From contig JBAZUI010000002.1 in assembly GCA_041661425.1 (NCBI GenBank), positions 38 through 64,037 of the forward strand: a stretch of DNA of 64,000 nt, written 5' to 3'. Origin of the DNA: Patescibacteria group bacterium. GTDB taxonomy: Bacteria; Patescibacteriota; Patescibacteriia; UBA9934. The notes beneath the pieces are model-generated. The model saw only the letters and a program-made list of their open reading frames with translations, was not told where the DNA came from and ran no database searches. A program made the translations under genes and the position numbers. Below are positions 18,997-26,898 of the stretch, one piece after another (position 1 is the stretch's first letter; the number at the start of each line of letters is the position of its first letter).

Positions 18997-19428
18997 ATGA
19001 CCAAGCCGACCCGTGAAGAGTGTCAGGAGCTGGTGCGCAAGTTCGACGACTTCTCCCACTGGGTCCGTGCGCTCATCCTCGCGGGAGCGGTCACGAACGA
19101 AGACGTCGATCGCATGGTTGATGACTTCATGACGAGCACGCTCGACCCGCGCCTCACCATGCCCATTAGCGAGCTCAAGCTCTCCACCAAGAACCTGGTT
19201 AGCTTGCGGGACCGGAGGCGGGACATCCAGAACGTCGGACAGCTCATCACGAAGAGCGAAGAAGAACTCCTCATGTCCCGGAACTTCGGCCACACGGGTC
19301 AGAAGGAGGTCAAGGAGGTCCTCGCGGACATGGGGCTCTCGCTCGGCATGATGGACGTGGAGGTCGAGGTTCCAGGCTTCATCCGCGAGCGGATCCTGTC
19401 CGAGGCCCGAAAGCTCAGCGAGCCCTAG
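18997..19428 (+). CDS. Alpha-CTD-like small protein, paralog 3
   Basis: ISELKLSTKNLVSLRDRRRDIQNVGQLITKSEEELLMSRNFGHTGQKEVKEVLADMGLSLGMM; C-terminal tail RERILSEARKLSEP is almost identical to paralog 1. Confidence 0.7.
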   Translation: MTKPTREECQELVRKFDDFSHWVRALILAGAVTNEDVDRMVDDFMTSTLDPRLTMPISELKLSTKNLVSLRDRRRDIQNVGQLITKSEEELLMSRNFGHTGQKEVKEVLADMGLSLGMMDVEVEVPGFIRERILSEARKLSEP

Positions 19429-19588
19429 CCGAGCCTCGCACCCCTCTCATCGCGCCCCAGCGGAACTCCGCCGGGGCGTGAATTCGTATAAACAACATTT
19501 TCTTGACAAAATCCACATTTTGCCCTAGACTTTCCCCGTACGCATTAATCCTTATTGCTCTGGATCATGGCTTCTCGCTTGAGCGGCG

Positions 19589-19897
19589 ATGGCTAAGATC
19601 CACGAGACGAAATACCCATTTACTATGCTCAGCAAACAGCAAAAGCAAAATATCATCGATAAGTTCAAAGTCCACGATACCGATACCGGTTCTCCACAGG
19701 TCCAAATCGCTATTTTGACCGCAGAAATCAAGGATCTTACAAAACATCTTCGCATGCACAAGAAGGACTTCAGTTCACGACGTGGTCTTGTAAAAAAAGT
19801 CGTTGAACGACGTCGTTTACTCAAATACTTGGAACGGGAAGATAAAAAGGAACACGATACACTCGTTTCCGCGCTCGAACTTCGCATTACTACTTAA
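19589..19897 (+). CDS. rpsO: 30S ribosomal protein S15
   Basis: DTGSPQVQIAILTAEIKDLTKHLRMHKKDFSSRRGL matches uS15. Alignment with E. coli suggests the true start is Met at 19625 (MLSKQQ...). Confidence 0.85.
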   Translation: MAKIHETKYPFTMLSKQQKQNIIDKFKVHDTDTGSPQVQIAILTAEIKDLTKHLRMHKKDFSSRRGLVKKVVERRRLLKYLEREDKKEHDTLVSALELRITT

Positions 19898-19900
19898 AAG

Positions 19901-19935
19901 GAAAACCCGTTTTTACGGGTTTTCTTTGTTTTTTT
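19901..19935 (+). terminator. Intrinsic terminator after rpsO (gaaaacccgt-tttt-acgggttttc plus T run)
   Basis: 10-bp stem followed by TTTGTTTTTTT. Confidence 0.7.
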
Positions 19936-19942
19936 AAAAAAT

Positions 19943-20581
19943 ATGTTATCTACAACTACGCGACGCGTTGGTGTTTTCATTGATGTCCAGAACATGTACT
20001 ACAGCGCACGCAATCTTTTCAATCGCAAGGTCAATTTTGCAACCATCGTCAAAGAAGCCGTGGGGGATGCGCAGCTCATTCGAGCGATCGCCTATACCAT
20101 TTCAACAAAAGGAGGAGAGGAGGAACCATTTTTTGAAGCCCTCCGAAATAATGGAATTGAGGTGAAGTCAAAGGAACTCCAGGAATTCAATTCCGGCGTC
20201 AAAAAAGGGGACTGGGATGTTGGCATTACCGTCGACATCATTCGCATGCTCGATATGCTCGATGTGATCGTGATTGTCTCGGGTGACGGCGATTATATTC
20301 CGCTTGTGCATTTTATTCAAAGCCGAGGGCGCATCGTGCAAGTTGCCTCATTCCGCGAAACAACATCATCAAATCTTGTAAGCGCCTGCGATGAATACTT
20401 GAATCTTTCTGAGAATAAGCGCAAATTCCTGATCATGGATCGCCAGGGCCATATCAAGAAGAACGAAAAAAGCGCTCCCGCTCCAACGGATAAAATCAAT
20501 CCTTTTATCCCGAAGGCTGGAGAGTTCGATCATTCAAGTGCGTTCTCAGATAAGCAAATTGATGACCTTGGAATAATATAA
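19943..20581 (+). CDS. NYN-domain (LabA-like) putative ribonuclease
   Basis: VGVFIDVQNMYYSARN...VIVIVSGDGDYIPLV is the NYN/PIN-like signature; sits between rpsO and pnp. Confidence 0.65.
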   Translation: MLSTTTRRVGVFIDVQNMYYSARNLFNRKVNFATIVKEAVGDAQLIRAIAYTISTKGGEEEPFFEALRNNGIEVKSKELQEFNSGVKKGDWDVGITVDIIRMLDMLDVIVIVSGDGDYIPLVHFIQSRGRIVQVASFRETTSSNLVSACDEYLNLSENKRKFLIMDRQGHIKKNEKSAPAPTDKINPFIPKAGEFDHSSAFSDKQIDDLGII

Positions 20582-20584
20582 AAT

Positions 20585-22789
20585 ATGGATATCAAAACAT
20601 TTTCAACTGAATTCTGCGGAAAAACCCTCACGATTGAGACCGGTCACTTTGCCCAAGCGGCGAATGCAAGCGTTACGGTTCGCATGGGGGATACAACGGT
20701 ACTCGTGACTGCGGTCATGTCGCCGGAAAAAGCTCAAAATCTTGGCTATTTCCCACTCATGGTCGATTTCGAAGAAAAACTTTACGCCGCCGGACGCATT
20801 AAAGGATCACGCTTTATTAAACGCGAAGGCCGACCAACCGATGAAGCGATTCTTGTCGGCCGATTTATTGATCGCGCCATTCGCCCGCTTTTTGACGATC
20901 GCATTCAAAACGAAGTTCAAATTATTGTTTCCGCCCTCTCATTCGATGGCGAAAACGATCCGGATGTTTTGGGTCTTATTGGCGCCTCTTGTGCACTTCA
21001 CATGAGTAATATCCCATGGAATGGCCCGATTGGTGCAGTTCGTGTCAGCCGTCTTGGGGAATCATTCATCATGAGTCCGAGCTATGAACAACGTCTCACA
21101 ACGGAATTTGATCTCGACATTGCCGGCACACATGAAAAAGTTGTGATGATTGAAGCGCGAGGCAAAGAAGCCAAGGAAGAAGAAATCCTCAAGGCCTTTG
21201 AAATGGGACGAGAAGAACTAAAACCAGTTATCAAACTCATTGAAGAGGTGAGAAGTGCGGTTGGAAAAGAAAAACTTGATGTTTTGGCTCCAAAAAACGA
21301 AGAAGAGAAAATTGTCTCTGCACGTCGCAATGAAATCAAAGAAAAAACAATAGAATTCGTCGCCACTCAAATGGATGAATTGTTCTTCGATATTCCAAAA
21401 GCCTCAAAGACAGAACGCGGTCTTGCAAAAACTGAATTGAAGCATCGCCTTGAAGATCACCTCAAAGCACAGGAAGCTACAAAAGATGAAATTTCCTATG
21501 CAACCGGTCTGATTTACGAATTAGTGCAACGCGAGGTTTCAAAACGGATTCTTGAAAAGAAACAACGCGTTGATGGACGAAAGATCGAAGAAATTCGCCC
21601 ACTTTTCGCCGAAGTCGCTGTTCTGCCACGCGTTCATGGATGTGGTCACTTCATGCGTGGCGAAACACAAGTGCTCTCGGTTTGTACGCTCGGTGCGCCT
21701 GGCGATAAACAAACACTCGATGGCATGGAAACCGTTGGAGAAAAGCAATATATGCACCACTACAACTTTCCGCCATTCTCGGTTGGGGAAGCGAAACCGC
21801 TCCGAGGAACCGGGCGTCGAGAAGTTGGTCATGGCGCACTCGCGGAAAAGGCTGTGGAGTGTATGTTACCTGCGAAAGAGGACTTTCCTTATGCGATTCG
21901 TGTCGTTTCCGAAGTCCTCAATTCAAATGGATCAAGTTCCATGGCTTCAACCTGCGCCTCGATCTTAGCGCTTATGGACGCTGGAGTTCCTCTTAAAAAA
22001 CCGGTCGCTGGTATTGCCATTGGCTTGGCTTCAAATGAAAAAGAAAGCCAGGTTATTACCGATATTCAGGATTTGGAGGATGGACCAGGCGGCATGGACT
22101 TTAAGATTACCGGAAGTGCTGATGGAATCACCGCTATTCAGATGGACACAAAAACCGATGGAATTACACATGACATCATCGAGGAAGCGCTTCGACAAGG
22201 AAAAAATGCACGCCTCGAGATCCTCAAGGTCATGACTGATCTTATTGCGGCTCCACGTGCTGAATTATCGCCATTTGCTCCACGTATCTTTACCTTGCAC
22301 ATCAATCCAGAGAAAATTCGCGAGGTCATTGGCCCGGGTGGTAAAATGATCAATGAGATCATTTCAAAAACAGGGGTACAAGCCATTGACATTGAACAGG
22401 ACGGCCTTGTCATGATCACAGCAAAGGACAAAAAATCCGGAGAAGAGGCCTATAATTGGGTTCACAACCTTACGCGAGAAGTCGAAGCTGGTGAAGAATT
22501 CGAAGGTGAAGTCGCGCGTATTATGGATTTCGGGGCATTCGTCACAATTCTTCCCGGAAAAGATGGCCTTGTCCACGTTTCTGAACTCGCTCCATGGCGC
22601 GTTGAAAAAGTCACGGATATTGTCCAACTTGGAAGTCGTGTTCACGTCAAGGTTATCGAAATCGACAGCATGGGTCGAGTCAACCTTTCAATGAAACAGG
22701 CTCAAGGCAATACCTACACAGAAGAAATGAAAGCAAAGGCACAGAAATCATCTTCAAGACCCACAAAACCAATGCCAAAGAAGCACTAA
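20585..22789 (+). CDS. pnp: Polynucleotide phosphorylase
   Basis: 734 aa; two RNase PH domains, KH and S1 (GxxG ...EVGHGALAEKA..., ...GEEFEGEVARIMDFGAFV). Confidence 0.95.
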   Translation: MDIKTFSTEFCGKTLTIETGHFAQAANASVTVRMGDTTVLVTAVMSPEKAQNLGYFPLMVDFEEKLYAAGRIKGSRFIKREGRPTDEAILVGRFIDRAIRPLFDDRIQNEVQIIVSALSFDGENDPDVLGLIGASCALHMSNIPWNGPIGAVRVSRLGESFIMSPSYEQRLTTEFDLDIAGTHEKVVMIEARGKEAKEEEILKAFEMGREELKPVIKLIEEVRSAVGKEKLDVLAPKNEEEKIVSARRNEIKEKTIEFVATQMDELFFDIPKASKTERGLAKTELKHRLEDHLKAQEATKDEISYATGLIYELVQREVSKRILEKKQRVDGRKIEEIRPLFAEVAVLPRVHGCGHFMRGETQVLSVCTLGAPGDKQTLDGMETVGEKQYMHHYNFPPFSVGEAKPLRGTGRREVGHGALAEKAVECMLPAKEDFPYAIRVVSEVLNSNGSSSMASTCASILALMDAGVPLKKPVAGIAIGLASNEKESQVITDIQDLEDGPGGMDFKITGSADGITAIQMDTKTDGITHDIIEEALRQGKNARLEILKVMTDLIAAPRAELSPFAPRIFTLHINPEKIREVIGPGGKMINEIISKTGVQAIDIEQDGLVMITAKDKKSGEEAYNWVHNLTREVEAGEEFEGEVARIMDFGAFVTILPGKDGLVHVSELAPWRVEKVTDIVQLGSRVHVKVIEIDSMGRVNLSMKQAQGNTYTEEMKAKAQKSSSRPTKPMPKKH

Positions 22790-22790
22790 C

Positions 22791-23966
22791 ATGGAAGGAG
22801 ACCTTCAAATTCCACTTGGATCATCCCCAATAACCCGCCGATCTTCTTGGCGGGTTATTTGGATTGCTCCCGCGATTCTTTCAGCAGTTCTTCTTGGATT
22901 CTGTATCTTTTTTTTGGTGAATCGTCTCCATTCAACAGCAAAAATGACGGATTCTACGGCGACGATGACTGTTCGCATCTTCACAAACCCAAAGACAAAA
23001 ACAAATCTAATGAACCACATCGGGAATGAACCATTGTTTGCCAATGCTCCATGGACTTGGAAAGAAGTGCTTACGTCAACGAACAATGAACTGACGGTGA
23101 ATTATCACGAAGCTCTTCCATCATCAATCGTTTTTGATAAGAAAATCTGCTCTCTATGGAGCGAAAAAGTACTCGAGAGTGATTATCTCTGCGAGGAAAC
23201 GAATGGAATGAGTATGATCCATGAAAAAGATGCCACGATTCTTTTAAATTCAAAGGAGCCTCACTTCCTGCCAATTCCCTGGAAAGAAGGCTATTGGTTT
23301 GACCGAGATCTCTCAACAGATACCCGCGGAATGGTGAATATCTCAAAAACCAGTATCTCCTACTCCGGATATCCTGGAGTGACTCTAAAGGATCAGGAAA
23401 AAACCATCGAAGGTAATGCGATCGCGGAAATGACATTCTCAGACGAGTCGCTACCGGGCTTTGAATCAACGAACGGCTCTATTGGCATCAAACAAAACAA
23501 TGAGGAGATGAATATCGAGATCGTTTTTCAGCCTTTTGACATCTCAATCGATCAACTCGCACTTCTTAACAAGAATATTTATTCACAACTCGATTTGGCT
23601 ACCACAGCGTGGACAATGGAAGATGGCTCGACTGTCCAGGAAATAAGAAGTATGAGCGATGACACTGGGGATCCAACCATTGAAACAAATGACAATGAAA
23701 CGATTATTACGCAGAATAATGAAAGTCGCGAGGTCGTCACAAAAGAGAATGATAATCAGGAAATACGAATAATAGCCAATAATGTCGATGTTTTCATGAG
23801 CTCATCTCAGACCTCCAATGAAGATTTCAACATAATCCCCTCACTCTTTCTACAAGAAGTTTTTCAGTCCGTAAGTCGTCTTGAACAGTATCAAGGTTAT
23901 CGAATAACGAATTCTCAGTATTCGAGAATCGTTTTGAAGAACAATCGAGTGATCTGGATCTGGTAA
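22791..23966 (+). CDS. Hypothetical membrane-anchored protein (N-terminal TM, large extracytoplasmic part)
   Basis: ORF track; TM VIWIAPAILSAVLLGFCIFFLV. Confidence 0.4.
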   Translation: MEGDLQIPLGSSPITRRSSWRVIWIAPAILSAVLLGFCIFFLVNRLHSTAKMTDSTATMTVRIFTNPKTKTNLMNHIGNEPLFANAPWTWKEVLTSTNNELTVNYHEALPSSIVFDKKICSLWSEKVLESDYLCEETNGMSMIHEKDATILLNSKEPHFLPIPWKEGYWFDRDLSTDTRGMVNISKTSISYSGYPGVTLKDQEKTIEGNAIAEMTFSDESLPGFESTNGSIGIKQNNEEMNIEIVFQPFDISIDQLALLNKNIYSQLDLATTAWTMEDGSTVQEIRSMSDDTGDPTIETNDNETIITQNNESREVVTKENDNQEIRIIANNVDVFMSSSQTSNEDFNIIPSLFLQEVFQSVSRLEQYQGYRITNSQYSRIVLKNNRVIWIW

Positions 23967-23969
23967 AAC

Positions 23970-24015
23970 CTGTGGATAAACTATGACCTATCCGAAAGTT
24001 ATCCACAGTTTTTTA
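23970..24015 (+). terminator. Intrinsic terminator whose 10-bp stem arms are two inverted consensus DnaA boxes (cTGTGGATAA ... TTATCCACAg) followed by T6
   Basis: Read directly; perfect inverted repeat 23970-23979 / 23999-24008 then ttttttat. Confidence 0.6.
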
Positions 24016-24081
24016 TTTCAAATTGAACAACAATTGTGCACACCATTAATTTTTTCTTTTACTTAAGCCATTAATTTGATG

Positions 24082-24110
24082 TTGACATAGTTTGTTCATC
24101 AACATAAAAT
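24082..24110 (+). promoter_or_regulatory. Strong sigma70-like promoter (TTGACA-17-TAAAAT) driving a non-coding transcript
   Basis: Consensus -35 and near-consensus -10 with 17-bp spacer; no ORF downstream for ~400 nt. Confidence 0.5.
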
Positions 24111-24117
24111 GTAAGTA

Positions 24118-24472
24118 TAAATTGCTCTTTCAAAAACCCGTAATGTTTAACAACGTTAAGCAAGACACGGGGGAAGTTCCCCGAAGCCCACTCTTCGGGG
24201 TACATCTCGCTTCTTTACTGCACCATTTGTTCAGGGGGGACAATAACTGAACACGGTGACCGCGATACAAGGCTCATTTTCGCGCGAACCAAGGTCCGGT
24301 AGAGAAGGCTGTCATATTTCTGGTATGAGGTCGCAGACCGCATTGGGTACTGAGTTTTGTAGATAGCAAATATCTCCAAAACCCAGTGCCCACCTCGGTT
24401 TCCCCATACCGTCGTGGGCGCTTTCGCCAGGATATATTTTTAAAATAAGCCTGTTTGCATCGCGCCCTTTTA
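24118..24472 (+). ncRNA. Candidate structured ncRNA of about 355 nt, promoter to GC-stem plus T-run terminator; identity unknown
   Basis: Multiple long helices readable by eye, for example CCCCGAAG-cccact-CTTCGGGG, GTTCAG-12nt-CTGAAC, and a ~110-nt rod GGTATGAGG..GGGTACTGAGTTTTG..CAAAACCCAGTGCCC..CCTCGG..CATACC; closing GGGCGC/GCGCCC plus TTTT. No RNase P or tmRNA consensus motifs found. Confidence 0.3.
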
Positions 24473-24525
24473 TTTTTGCCTTTTTCCAACGGATAGCGTA
24501 TACTTTCTCATATTTCAAAATTCGT

Positions 24526-24897
24526 ATGAAAAAAGAATTTATTGAAGAAATGAAGGTTATCCTTCTTGCGGAGTTACAAAAATTGGAAAAAGGGCTCGGA
24601 GGCTTCGCTCATCGAAATGCAAAAATGGCTGATGATTTTACATCAGACTTTCCTTCCTTTGGCGACGATGAGGACGAAAACGCTTCTGAGGTGGCGACCT
24701 ATACCGATAATCTTTCGCTTGAAAATGCCCTTGAACGCGAGTATCGCGACGTAAAGAACGCGATTAAGCGTATCGAGGACACCAATTACGGCCATTGCAA
24801 ATATTGTAAAGCAGAAATTTCAGAAGATCGTCTTCGTGCGCGTCCAACTTCGACGTCCTGCATTGCCTGTAAAAAAACACTAACCCAGGAACGATAG
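24526..24897 (+). CDS. DksA/TraR-family C4 zinc-finger protein
   Basis: C-terminal CxxC...17 aa...CxxC (CKYCKAEISEDRLRARPTSTSCIACK) plus N-terminal coiled coil. Confidence 0.75.
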   Translation: MKKEFIEEMKVILLAELQKLEKGLGGFAHRNAKMADDFTSDFPSFGDDEDENASEVATYTDNLSLENALEREYRDVKNAIKRIEDTNYGHCKYCKAEISEDRLRARPTSTSCIACKKTLTQER

Positions 24898-24898
24898 C

Positions 24899-25351
24899 AT
24901 GAAGCGCTTTCTTGCCCTTGGCGCCATTACTGCCATTGGTATCGCGGATGTTTTTGGAAAATACCTGGCCCTTCATTGGCTTCCGATCTTTGACGGAAGC
25001 CATTTTGAATTGCTGAAACTGGAGCTCTATACAAATAAGGGGGCAGTTTTTAGTCTCGATATTCCGCAAATGCTCATTATTATCTTGAGTATTCTCCTCA
25101 TGTTTTTCTTGATTGTTGCCTTTAAAAAACAAATTTTCTCTTGGGACAATTCTCGCATCGGGCTCTTCGCGTCGATCACAGCAATTGAAATCGGGGCTCT
25201 TGGTAATGTTGTGGAACGGATTGCTTCTGGTTATGTCACGGATTACCTCATCTTTTTTAATACTTCCGCCATAAATCTCTCAGATATCCTCATTCTCTCT
25301 GGTATTTTTGGCTTATTCTGGTACTCTAGAAAGAGCGAACCGAAAAATTAA
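24899..25351 (+). CDS. lspA: Lipoprotein signal peptidase II
   Basis: YTNKGAVFSL, GALGNVVERI, VTDYLIFF...SAINLSDILILSG match LspA conserved boxes; 4 TM. Confidence 0.8.
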   Translation: MKRFLALGAITAIGIADVFGKYLALHWLPIFDGSHFELLKLELYTNKGAVFSLDIPQMLIIILSILLMFFLIVAFKKQIFSWDNSRIGLFASITAIEIGALGNVVERIASGYVTDYLIFFNTSAINLSDILILSGIFGLFWYSRKSEPKN

Positions 25352-25377
25352 AAAAACTCCCCAACCAATAATTTGGT

Positions 25378-26898
25378 ATGGGATTTTATTTTATTCGTTC
25401 GTTTTCGCATCTTGGTGTTGATCCGCACCTTGTCGAAATCGAATGTGATATCGCTCCAGGGCTTCCAAAAACGAATATCGTGGGGCTCCCCGATGCGGCG
25501 GTCACAGAGTCGCGTGACCGGGTAAAATCTGCCATTCGAAATAGCGGTTTCTCTTTTCCCCGATCACGTATCACCATCAATTTAGCTCCGGCTGATATCA
25601 AAAAGCAGGGACCGGCTTATGATTTACCCATTGCGCTCGCCATCCTTGCGAAAATGGGCGTTATCAAAGAGCAACTCCTTGAGCCCTATCTCTTTTGTGC
25701 CGAATTAGCGCTTGATGGGACTCTTCGTCCGGTGAACGGTGTTCTTTTGGGAGCACTCCTTGCCAAGGAACGCGGATACAAGGGACTCGTCCTTGCAAAA
25801 GAAAACGCACAAGAAGCTTCGCTTGTTCACGAGGTGAATGTCTATCCCGTCAAAACACTATCCGAGCTCATCGAACAACTGAAAAATGGGACGCTCATGC
25901 CACATCAATCGGGACATGTATTCTCTGAGGTGGCATCAAGCACTGACTTTGCTTGGGTCAAGGGCCAAGAATATGCAAAACGTGCACTCGAAATTGCCGC
26001 GGCAGGTGGACACAATGTTCTCATGATCGGACCTCCCGGTGGAGGAAAAACCATGCTGGCGCGATCGATTCCATCCATTCTTCCTCCACTCCAACGCGAA
26101 GAAGCTCTTGATGTGATAAAAATTCATTCCCTTGCAGGAATCCTCACGCGTGAACTCATTGAATCGTCCACACGTCCGTTTCGCGCCCCTCATCACAGCG
26201 CTTCATCGGTTGCTTTAATTGGCGGGGGAACATGGCCACGGCCGGGAGAGGTCTCGCTCGCGCATCACGGGGTGCTCTTCTTGGATGAATTCCCTGAATT
26301 TCCACGATGCTCAATCGAGAACCTACGCCAGCCACTCGAAGATGGAGTTGTAACGATCTCGTGAGCTTCCGGAACCCTCCAATTCCCAGCCTCATTCTCA
26401 CTCATTGCCGCCATGAACCCATGCCCCTGCGGTTTTTTTGGTGAAATTGGAGCTCAAGAATGTACTTGCACACAAAAACAATTATCGCTCTACGAACATA
26501 AAATCTCCGGGCCAATTTTTGATCGTTTTGATTTATGCGTTCGTGTAAATCGTGTCCCGTTTGAGAAACTAGATGTGGAAGGGGAGCAAGAATCATCAAA
26601 AATCATCCGAGAACGAGTGATTAAAGCTAGAAATATCCAATTGAAACGCTATGATTACGGTGTCTTTAAGACGAATGCTGGGCTTTCATCATCGCATCTT
26701 TCAACATACTGTTCCCTTGAACCGAACACAAAAAAACTGCTTCGCGCCGCTATCGAAACTTCACAACTCTCTGCACGGTCCTATACGCGCATCCTTCGTG
26801 TTGCCCGCACCATTGCCGATCTTGCCGCAAGCGAGCAAATAAAAGAATCGCATCTTGCGGAAGCGATTCAATATCATCCAAAACGGATGCTCCGCTAA
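25378..26898 (+). pseudogene. comM: Mg-chelatase-like AAA+ protein YifB/ComM, interrupted by an in-frame TGA at 26362-26364
   Basis: ORFs 25378..26364 and 26413..26898 share a frame; VTIS*ASGTLQFPASFSLIAAMNPCPCG aligns with the ComM segment IHLSRTRAKITYPARFQLVAAMNP, so the TGA replaces a conserved Arg codon (CGA>TGA). Confidence 0.8.

Larger units (their letters stand above)
17741..19535 (+). repeat. Three tandem ~578-bp units plus a fourth partial unit. Each unit is promoter, then a 5'UTR hairpin, then a ~140-aa ORF, then a GC-rich hairpin. The partial fourth copy is the rpsO promoter.
   Basis: A near-identical ~155-bp inter-ORF block recurs at 17750-17840, 18272-18425, 18842-18997 and 19429-19510; GC content is clearly above the flanks. 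Confidence 0.85.

Noticed and set aside
16793-19535. Integron (intI plus attC cassette array) interpretation of the recombinase plus the repeated units
   Set aside because: The recombinase looks XerC/D-like with no obvious IntI-specific insertion. The units are paralogs with their own promoters (tandem duplication) rather than promoterless heterogeneous cassettes, and the palindromes are too short for attC. It remains a loose analogy only.
24118-24472. Assigning the structured intergenic RNA to RNase P RNA or tmRNA
   Set aside because: The size fits, but the universal motifs are absent on either strand (P4 GGAAAGUCCGG / ACAGAA / GGUGAAA; tmRNA tag ORF and GGUUCGAnUCC 3' domain).
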